Shown here in pieces: positions 9,866 through 17,650 of a stretch of 64,000 bases of DNA. Location: positions 32,001-96,000 of the forward strand of contig JAHLWR010000011.1 of the NCBI GenBank assembly GCA_019057815.1, in the 5' to 3' direction. Source of the stretch: Candidatus Heimdallarchaeota archaeon. GTDB taxonomy: Archaea; Asgardarchaeota; Heimdallarchaeia; Heimdallarchaeales; Heimdallarchaeaceae. The notes beneath the pieces are model-generated. The model saw nothing but the letters and a program-made list of their open reading frames with translations. It did no database searches and was not told the origin of the DNA. The translations under genes were made by a program, and so were the position numbers. Each line of letters starts with the position of its first letter. The first letter of the stretch is position 1.

Positions 9866-10057
9866 TTCTTCATAGATTACTCTTTGCATATAAACCTCAC
9901 AATCCGAGCAAACGAGAAAATCATAGGATTCTTTATCAAGGTAGTAGATAGTAAATTTCATCGGTTTACCACACTTTCCACACTTAATATCGGATGGCTG
10001 TTCCTCTATAAACACCAACTTTGTGACATCAACTGTAGGTTTAACATATCGAGACAT
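9863..10057 (-). CDS. Small Zn-finger protein
   Basis: CGKCG...CSDC in 64 aa; upstream GTGATTAG/TATA-like region. Confidence 0.65.
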   Translation of the reverse strand: MSRYVKPTVDVTKLVFIEEQPSDIKCGKCGKPMKFTIYYLDKESYDFLVCSDCEVYMQRVIYEE

Positions 10058-10242
10058 TACTAATCACACTTTTTTTATGAAAAAAACTAGTTATATAGTA
10101 CAAAAAATTTGTAGTTTTTATAGGTTTCGAATGTTATGCTTTTAAAATTCAAAAGTATCTATCTTGAACATAATAGTTTTTCAAATAATTTTACACAATT
10201 GAGAGCAAAATATATATACATCTTTATTTTTATCCCACAAGA

Positions 10243-10617
10243 ATGAGTGCTGAGAAATATAAACTGAAGTTTATCTTACCTAATATAGGGGAAGCAAGAG
10301 GAGAGTTAATACGAATTAAGGGACCACATCTCACTGAGAAGATCAATAGAGCTTTACCCATCACCTCTAGAGGTTTGAAGCGAGATGACATGTTTATAAT
10401 TCCCGTAAAAGTAATTTATGTTATTGAACGACCTACATATACCGGTAGGAGGGGAGACATATTATTCTCCTCAACTTCCAAAGCTATTATAATTCTATTG
10501 AAAGAAAAACGTTTTGACTTAAAAGTAGCAAATTTAGGTTCTATCACAAAAAACATTAAAATCTTTGATCAGCCTGCTGTCTCTTCTGGTGTAAGAATTG
10601 AGGTAATTAACGAATAG
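10243..10617 (+). CDS. Cyclophilin-like fold protein (DUF369/TM1367-like)
   Basis: GELIRIKGPHLTEKINRALP...RRGDILF...VANLGSI pattern. Confidence 0.6.
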   Translation: MSAEKYKLKFILPNIGEARGELIRIKGPHLTEKINRALPITSRGLKRDDMFIIPVKVIYVIERPTYTGRRGDILFSSTSKAIIILLKEKRFDLKVANLGSITKNIKIFDQPAVSSGVRIEVINE

Positions 10618-10716
10618 TAAATTTTCTAGCTATTACATTTGATGATAAATAAAGCTTACAAAAACTCTTATAAACAGTTCTCATGTCATTAAATCAATAA
10701 CATGTAACGAGGAATC

Positions 10717-11067
10717 TTGATGAGTATTCGTGAAACCATAGGAGAAACTTTCAGTGCAATCAAAAAGGAATACAAGAAAGTCGACTCTGTAGACAAAACT
10801 TTAGATGTTATCTCTTTAACAGGGTTAGTTTTATTCTTCATATCCCTTTTCTCAGTATTTATTGGAAAAGATTTCAATTCTCTAAATATTCCTTTAATTC
10901 TCTATCCTTTAGGAATAGGAGGATTAGCTACTGCCTTGAGGATGAAGAAAAGAGATGATCCTGAAGATATTAGTTCTTTATTCAAAGAATGGTTAATAAT
11001 CACCAGTACATTTACAGCCATGATAATAGTTATATTAATTATTGCTTTAGTTCTTTATTTGAGCTAA
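10717..11067 (+). CDS. Hypothetical membrane protein (about 3 TM)
   Basis: Hydrophobic segments; co-oriented with neighbours. Confidence 0.65.
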   Translation: MMSIRETIGETFSAIKKEYKKVDSVDKTLDVISLTGLVLFFISLFSVFIGKDFNSLNIPLILYPLGIGGLATALRMKKRDDPEDISSLFKEWLIITSTFTAMIIVILIIALVLYLS

Positions 11068-11122
11068 AATCTTTTCTTTGTACCGTAGCAATTTTTTTAT
11101 ATTTCGAAACTAATAGGTAAAG

Positions 11123-12532
11123 ATGATGACCCAAGAAACACATAAAGTTTACACGCGTGTACTTAAATTCGGCTTAAAACTCGGCTTAAAAAGATTTATT
11201 GAAACAATAGCATTTGCTGTAACGATTTTCTCTATAACTTTAATTTATTTTTATTTCATAATATCCTCAGAACTATCACCAATTGGGAAATATGTCTTCT
11301 TTCCTCTCGGAGTGTTTACTGAGATAGTTTTGATATTGAGCTATCTGGATAATCATTACCAGATTAATGTTTTTGGAGAAAACGCTAATAAGCTCTTTTC
11401 GGGAATAGCTATTGCAGCTCTTTCAATAATAATAATGTACTCAACAATTCCAGGTCTATATGAAATCAAAGTAATTGAAGAAGGAAATATATCTTTGATT
11501 GTTCTATTTTTCCTATTAACCACTATTGAAACAGGATATTTTATATTCTCTATTCCGAGAGCAAATTTATCTGAAATGACATTCGGTCTTGAGCATCAAT
11601 TCAAGACGTTAGAAGAGAACCTTCAAAATAAAAAATTGAAAGAACTTCCATTAACAAAAGCAATCACTAAAGGGATAGAAGCGCTGAAAATCAGGATAAC
11701 GGAAGAAGGTCTATGGGGAGAGCTAGATTCTCTATATGAAACTGCAATAGTTTTAGAGCTCTTTCATTCGTTTGGTTATAAAGAAGATATGGAGTGGACT
11801 ATTCCTACAGCAGAAGGTAAAAAACCAATTAAATTGATGAAAGTAATTGACACTCTAAAAACGATAATTGAAACTTCAGAGACAATGGAGCTTTCTTACG
11901 AACAATACAAAATAATTCATTCTATAAGTCTTTATGATACTTCGGTTCTTTTTCCATATAAGCAACAAATTGATGAATTTCACGAAACAATCACAGAGGA
12001 AACAGAATGGGATTTTATAACAAAGTTGAATAGATTTACAGCATATTTACGTTCAAAAACTACTCCCTTGCACTTAATTATGTGTTATGTTGGTGATGAG
12101 ATCGGTAACATTAAGTTACTTGATAAATTAGCAAATATGTTTGCATCTAGTATAGAAATTGTCATCAAAAGAGGATATGCAAGATTTTCAACATCGCAAA
12201 CAGGTAAAACTCCTATTGAGATGTTTTCAAGATTGATGTTAGCATTATATGATATTAGAAGACCTCCTTTAAAAAGGATGCAATTTGTTCAAGCAGTAAG
12301 TGGACAACAGTTCATAGAAGGTTCTTGGGCCGGAAATATAGGAACAACGGGATATGTTATTAAAGCGTTAATACCAGGAGAAAATCCTGATTCATTAGTT
12401 CTTAAGAAAGCAGCTTTATATCTTACAGCTGTTCAAGATAAACAAGGTCTTTGGGGATCAAATATCGAAGAAACAGTGATAGCACTAAACGCCTTAAAAT
12501 CTTTGAAGGAATTAGCTGAACAAGAAGAATAA
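11123..12532 (+). CDS. Membrane protein with C-terminal prenyltransferase/squalene-oxidase-repeat (alpha/alpha barrel) domain
   Basis: Four N-terminal TMs. QW-like repeats EEGLWG, QFIEGSWAGNIGTTGYVIKAL and AALYLTAVQDKQGLWGSNIEETVIALNAL. Confidence 0.6.
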   Translation: MMTQETHKVYTRVLKFGLKLGLKRFIETIAFAVTIFSITLIYFYFIISSELSPIGKYVFFPLGVFTEIVLILSYLDNHYQINVFGENANKLFSGIAIAALSIIIMYSTIPGLYEIKVIEEGNISLIVLFFLLTTIETGYFIFSIPRANLSEMTFGLEHQFKTLEENLQNKKLKELPLTKAITKGIEALKIRITEEGLWGELDSLYETAIVLELFHSFGYKEDMEWTIPTAEGKKPIKLMKVIDTLKTIIETSETMELSYEQYKIIHSISLYDTSVLFPYKQQIDEFHETITEETEWDFITKLNRFTAYLRSKTTPLHLIMCYVGDEIGNIKLLDKLANMFASSIEIVIKRGYARFSTSQTGKTPIEMFSRLMLALYDIRRPPLKRMQFVQAVSGQQFIEGSWAGNIGTTGYVIKALIPGENPDSLVLKKAALYLTAVQDKQGLWGSNIEETVIALNALKSLKELAEQEE

Positions 12533-12565
12533 GTGAACTACTTCTCCGTTTACAAAAAGAAAAGT

Positions 12566-12640
12566 TGGTAGTCCCGTGGAGACTCGAACTCCAGTCGCCG
12601 GGGTCAAAGCCCAGTATGATTGCCGCTACACTACGGGACT
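12566..12640 (-). tRNA. tRNA-Gln(TTG)
   Basis: AGTCCCG...CTGGG CTTTGAC CCCGG...TGGAG TTCGAGT CTCCA CGGGACT A CCA. Confidence 0.95.
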
Positions 12641-12750
12641 ATTGTTGTCGTCAAATTTCTTTGACAACAAATCATTTTACACTTTGGTTTTAAATTTTTC
12701 TTTTAAACTAAGAAGAAATCTATATTGTAACTAGTGATTACAGCACAGCA

Positions 12751-14712
12751 CTAGTATGCAATTTCATCCCGATTTATGACAGATTTTTTTACCCACGAAT
12801 CACGAAGTGTAATTATTCTATTGAAGACCAAGTTATCTTTACTTGAATCTACAATATCTATACAGAAATAGCCTAATCTTTCAAACTGGTAACGTGAACC
12901 GATATCTGCATTTTGTAGGAATGGTTCAACATAAGCACTGACAATTTCGAGGGAGTGAGGGTTCAAATAATCTGTAAAATCTTCTCCTTCTTCCAGTTCC
13001 ATTGGGTTCTCTTTTATGAAAAGACGATCAGACAATCTTACTTCAGCTTTAATTGCATCGATTGCAGAAATCCAATGGATTGTGCCTTTAATTTTTCGCT
13101 CAACAACAGATGAATCACCATTAGTTTCTGAATCGTAGCTACAATGGATTTCAGTAATTTCCCTTGTTTCATCATCCCTTAGAACTTTTTCACATCTGAT
13201 AATATATGCGTATTTTAGGCGAACATCTTTACCGAGAGTAAGTCTATAATAATCTTCTGGAGGATCTTCCATGAAGTCTTCTTGCTCGATGTAAAGTACT
13301 TTAGAGAATTTGATTTTTCTTGTTCCCATCTCCTTATTGCGCGGGTGATTAAGAATAGTAATTTCCTCAAATTCATCCTTTGGATAGTTAGTTATAACGA
13401 CCTTTAAAGGTCGTAGAACACTCATTACACGAGGGCATCTTTCGTCCAAATCTTCTCTAACGCAATTATCAAAAATTGATTGATCAATAATAGCTTCGCG
13501 CTTTGATACACCGATTTCTTTATAGAATTTTCGAATCGCATCTGCAGTAATTCCTCTTCTTCGTATACCCACTATTGTTGGCATCCGAAGATCATCCCAA
13601 CCATTGACATATCCTTCCTTTACTAATCGGATAATATTTCGTTTTCCTAGAACAGTGTAAGTAAAGTTTGATCTTGCAAATTCTATTTGTTGGGGCTTAA
13701 AGATGGGGTTCCCATTTTCATCATCTAATTGTTCCAAAAACCAATCATATATTTGACGATGGATTTCAAATTCCATTGTACAAATTGAATGCGTTATACC
13801 TTCTATTGAGTCTTCTAGACCATGAGCCCAATCATACATTGGATAAATACACCATTTATCACCTGTATTATGATGTTTTTTGTGAAGAATGCGATAAATA
13901 AGAGGATCGCGCATTAAAAGATTGGGAGATGCCATATCAATCTTTGCGCGTAAAACCTTTGAACCATCGGAAAATTCACCGTTTTTCATTCTTTCGAAAA
14001 GGTCTAGATTTTCCTCTATTGTCCTATCTCTAAAAGGGCTTTCTTTTCCTGGTTCGGTTATAGTTCCTCGATACTCTCTGATTTCGTCTACACTTAAGTC
14101 ATCAACATATGCTTTTCCTTTTTCTACTAGTTGTACAGCATATTCATAGAATTGATCAAAATAATCTGATGCATATAATAATCGATCCTCCCAATCTACA
14201 CCTAACCATTTTGCATCTTCAATCTGAGCTTTAACATATTCCACATCTTCAGTGGTAGGATTAGTATCATCAAAACGCCAGTTGAACTTGCCGTTATATT
14301 CTACTGCAATTCCATAGTTCAGAAGAATTGATTTCGCATGACCAATGTGCAAGTATCCGTTAGGTTCAGGAGGAAAACGGGTATGAACACGACCATTATA
14401 CTTGTTTGTCTTCATATCTTCATTGATAATTGCGCGTATAAAATCAGTACCTTCACCCAATTCACTTTCTTGCTTATCTTCTTTTAGCAATTCAGGATAT
14501 TTTTCTCGTGCAATTTGTTGAATTTCAGTGGTTGTTAGTGAACTAATTAAATTAATCGTCTCAACAACTGTCTCTTTTACAGTTTTTGCTTCTTTACGTA
14601 ATTCTGGATGAGCTGACATTATCATTCCCACTACTGGACCAACTTTAGCTGAACCATGGTCTAGAGTGTTCTGAACAACAAATTTTTCGCATATCCTTTC
14701 TACTGAAGTCAT
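12751..14712 (-). CDS. glnS: Glutamine--tRNA ligase with an archaeal GluRS-like N-terminal helical domain
   Basis: [38 protein letters not shown] (GlnRS-type Cys where GluRS has HxxRG), [15 protein letters not shown] and QFERLGYF. Confidence 0.92.
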   Translation of the reverse strand: MTSVERICEKFVVQNTLDHGSAKVGPVVGMIMSAHPELRKEAKTVKETVVETINLISSLTTTEIQQIAREKYPELLKEDKQESELGEGTDFIRAIINEDMKTNKYNGRVHTRFPPEPNGYLHIGHAKSILLNYGIAVEYNGKFNWRFDDTNPTTEDVEYVKAQIEDAKWLGVDWEDRLLYASDYFDQFYEYAVQLVEKGKAYVDDLSVDEIREYRGTITEPGKESPFRDRTIEENLDLFERMKNGEFSDGSKVLRAKIDMASPNLLMRDPLIYRILHKKHHNTGDKWCIYPMYDWAHGLEDSIEGITHSICTMEFEIHRQIYDWFLEQLDDENGNPIFKPQQIEFARSNFTYTVLGKRNIIRLVKEGYVNGWDDLRMPTIVGIRRRGITADAIRKFYKEIGVSKREAIIDQSIFDNCVREDLDERCPRVMSVLRPLKVVITNYPKDEFEEITILNHPRNKEMGTRKIKFSKVLYIEQEDFMEDPPEDYYRLTLGKDVRLKYAYIIRCEKVLRDDETREITEIHCSYDSETNGDSSVVERKIKGTIHWISAIDAIKAEVRLSDRLFIKENPMELEEGEDFTDYLNPHSLEIVSAYVEPFLQNADIGSRYQFERLGYFCIDIVDSSKDNLVFNRIITLRDSWVKKSVINRDEIAY

Positions 14713-14777
14713 ACTAATGATTCGAAAGAGACAGAATATAATAAATTTTTAGTATTAAGTGAAAAAATGTGAGTGTA

Positions 14778-14960
14778 TTTTCGTCCCGAAAAATTGAATT
14801 GAAACGTATTTTCCAAATACAAGATTATTTAACGTTTCAACGACTAATACACGTAAACAGAAAATCGCCTCTACATTTTTAGTACTTCTCAGATAATATT
14901 GTCTCGGGACAAAAACCTTTTTATACCCAATCACGTAAACTATTTTGTCCCGAGACGAAA
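14778..14960 (+). promoter_or_regulatory. Promoter of the longin/bZIP-like/actin operon with repeated palindromic sites
   Basis: TTGTCTCGGGACAA (14899-14912) and TTTTGTCCCGAGACGAAA (14943-14960) flank a TATA-like TTTTATAC (about 14918-14925). Partial third copy at 14778-14793. CACGTAAAC occurs twice. Confidence 0.6.
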
Positions 14961-14987
14961 TAGTCGAGGAAAACAGAGGAGAAAAAC

Positions 14988-15506
14988 ATGAAAAAGCATG
15001 AAAAACTCAGAATAAATGCGAAAGAAGCCAAAAAACGTTCATTAGATTTAGGTTTAGTGATTGTTTACTTTGATCAAATTAAAGGACCAGTTATTCTAGT
15101 AAACCACTCCTCTTTGGATGAGCGTGAACTCTTTCATTTATCAGTTAATGGAACAAGTTCCATGATGAGTGGTGTGAATTATGGTCCAGAGGATACACAT
15201 CGTTTTCGAGGAATCTTTCCTGTCAATGACAGATCTTTTGCTTACTGCTTCGACTCACTCATAACTGTTGATCAAACAGAAAGGTGTTCTTATACACCAA
15301 TATTGCTATTTGTTGTTTTCCCATCTTCAGAGTTAAATTCTTTCGGATTGAATATTAAATCTGTTGAAATGCTTCTAACTAAGTACACTGTAAACAGAAT
15401 AGAACTTTCTCGATTCACTTCAAAATTTTGCGCTTCTGTATGTTTTTCAATTACGAAGGAATTCCAGAAACAGATTTCCGTACTGGGACAAAATTCAAAA
15501 CTATGA
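14988..15506 (+). CDS. Longin/uDENN-like domain protein (Asgard eukaryotic-signature-like)
   Basis: LVIVYFDQIKGPVI matches the hydrophobic-FDxxxGP start of uDENN/longin folds, followed by a helix, a beta-meander and C-terminal helices. Confidence 0.6.
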   Translation: MKKHEKLRINAKEAKKRSLDLGLVIVYFDQIKGPVILVNHSSLDERELFHLSVNGTSSMMSGVNYGPEDTHRFRGIFPVNDRSFAYCFDSLITVDQTERCSYTPILLFVVFPSSELNSFGLNIKSVEMLLTKYTVNRIELSRFTSKFCASVCFSITKEFQKQISVLGQNSKL

Positions 15507-15522
15507 AAGATAAGGTGACACA

Positions 15523-16263
15523 ATGAATGATGAACACGAAACAAAAGGTCCAGGGAGACCCCGAAAATATGCAACATCAGCAGAGCGAAAACGAGCTTAT
15601 AGGGAGAGAAAAAAGGAGAGACTCGCTCAAATGCAAAAAGGTGTTGCAAGACTAGAGAAGAAGGTGAGTAAATTGGGTATAACTAAAGAAAGATCTGATA
15701 AGTTGGATTCTCTACTAAATGAAATCGAGACACCAATGGCTAAATTTGCACCTTCTGAAATCGCAGAAATGGAAAATGATGAACTCTTGGAATTGCGAGA
15801 CATCTTGAGACACTGGTTGCAGGATCATAGAGGGCTTGGAGGAATAGTGACTCAATTGAGCAATGCTATAATTCCAAGAGCGTATGCTTCCTTTGATCAA
15901 TTGGAGTTATTTGGTCCAAGACAAGAAGAAGAAGAAGGAGAGGTAAAATACATTCCCTCGATGGTCGAAACAGTGATAGACAAAAAACGTCAAAATGCAA
16001 GAGCATATTACTTTTCATCATCAAGTAACAGATATAGCAGTAGTAACCTTGCAGAACTATTCGAACAAATCACCTTGCTCTATCTTGTTGAAGCTGAGAT
16101 CGCTAAGAGACGAAGAGACAAAGTTGAAGATTTTGCTATCGTGCAGCTAGAGACTAGAATCAAGGAACTAGAATCACTGCTAGAGGATAGTGAAGAAGCT
16201 AAAACTGAACCTTACTATAGAGGGGGTGAATCAGGTGGAAAAAGAGGTGATATCAATGAGTAA
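15523..16263 (+). CDS. AT-hook + bZIP-like coiled-coil protein (paralogue 1)
   Basis: GPGRPRK, then AERKRAYRERKKERLAQMQKGVARLEKKV. C-terminal LLYLVEAEIAKRRR...QLETRIKELE. Confidence 0.7.
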   Translation: MNDEHETKGPGRPRKYATSAERKRAYRERKKERLAQMQKGVARLEKKVSKLGITKERSDKLDSLLNEIETPMAKFAPSEIAEMENDELLELRDILRHWLQDHRGLGGIVTQLSNAIIPRAYASFDQLELFGPRQEEEEGEVKYIPSMVETVIDKKRQNARAYYFSSSSNRYSSSNLAELFEQITLLYLVEAEIAKRRRDKVEDFAIVQLETRIKELESLLEDSEEAKTEPYYRGGESGGKRGDINE

Positions 16264-17395
16264 GAAGAATTTAGAGTCAAAAGAAAATAAACTGAGAGGT
16301 AAACCAATCGTTCTTGAATTTGGTTCAGCATTTACAAGAATAGGATTTTCGAGTGAAGATGCACCTCGAATAGTTAAACCAACGATTGTAGGTTATAATG
16401 ATGTAGTATCAAAGAATGACAATCTTACATCGATTTTAACCGAAACTAACAAACAAGCGTTTGTTGGCATTGCAGCTATTGAGAAAAGGAAGGAACTCGA
16501 AATAGTATATCCAATTAAAAACAGAAAAATAAATGACATGCAAGCTCTTAAAGTTATGATCCAATACGCAATTGAGAGAGACTTATCAATTACACCCGAT
16601 TTGCATGCAGCAATCGTTATTCTTCCATATCCAATCAGTGAAGAGGAAAAAGAAGAAATTACTAAAATGCTTTTAGACGATCTAAATTTTCCTGGTGTAT
16701 ATGTTTCATCTAGTGAAAATATGCCCCTATACAGTATAGGAAGAACAACTGGTATAGTTGTTGATTCAGGATACGAAAAAACAGATATTATACCTATTTT
16801 AGATGGTAAAATCATCACTAAAGCTGTTAAAAGCTTAAACATAGGTGGATATCACGTTACAAACAAGCTTAGAGAATCTCTGAGAGAGCAAGATTTCACA
16901 TATACAGATGAGGAAGACAAATTCTTTGGAGCTGCAAGAAACATCAAAGAAAATCTATGCTATGTAGCTTTAAATGCGGATAAGGAAATAGAACTAGCTT
17001 CTAAAGTTTCAGGGATGAGAAAAATACACAAGCTTCCAAATGGGGAAAAATATATTGTTGAACTCCAACGTTTTTTGGCGACTGAGATCTTGTTTCAACC
17101 AGAGATGATTGATTTGAAAGAAAAACCATTGCATGAACAAATTATCGATTCGATTCAGTCTTGTGATACTAAAAACCAATCATCGTTGTGGTCTAATATT
17201 GTTATTGCAGGTGGAAATTCTATATTACCAGGATATCATGCTAGATTAAATCACGAACTAAAATCACTAGCACCTGAAAACGAAGATGTAAGAATATATT
17301 CTACACCATCAAACACTAGCTTTTCTTCATGGATAGGCGCAAGTATCCTTAGTTCTAGAATGGAGTTTAGTAAACATTGGATTACAAAAAAGTAA
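16256..17395 (+). CDS. Actin-family protein (Asgard actin-related protein)
   Basis: PIVLEFGSAFTRIGFSSEDAPR, YPI, GRTTGIVVDSG, RNIKENLCYVA, LPNG, EILFQP, NIVIAGGNS and WIGASILSS. ATG at 16256 follows GAGGTGA and overlaps the upstream gene. Confidence 0.93.
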   Translation: MSKKNLESKENKLRGKPIVLEFGSAFTRIGFSSEDAPRIVKPTIVGYNDVVSKNDNLTSILTETNKQAFVGIAAIEKRKELEIVYPIKNRKINDMQALKVMIQYAIERDLSITPDLHAAIVILPYPISEEEKEEITKMLLDDLNFPGVYVSSSENMPLYSIGRTTGIVVDSGYEKTDIIPILDGKIITKAVKSLNIGGYHVTNKLRESLREQDFTYTDEEDKFFGAARNIKENLCYVALNADKEIELASKVSGMRKIHKLPNGEKYIVELQRFLATEILFQPEMIDLKEKPLHEQIIDSIQSCDTKNQSSLWSNIVIAGGNSILPGYHARLNHELKSLAPENEDVRIYSTPSNTSFSSWIGASILSSRMEFSKHWITKK

Positions 17396-17650
17396 TGTCT
17401 AAAAATGTTCTTTTTTCTTTTTTTTCTTTTTCTCTTATACATTTATCGAAGTACTGCTCTCCTACATATGAGGTTCAAGGGACAGTAGGAGAACATTAAT
17501 TTCCAATAATACCTATACAATCAGATATATATTTTAAACATAAATGAAAAAGATTTTCTTAAGATTTGTAAAAAATCTGACTTTTTAGTTAATAATATAT
17601 AGAAAGAAAATTAATTTCTTTTGGCTTTACTTGGAAAAAAGCTATGTTTT

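Noticed and set aside
16190-16255. Longer actin N-terminus from GTG 16190
   Set aside because: It overlaps the upstream gene by 74 bp; ATG 16256 has a GAGGTGA SD and gives a normal actin length.
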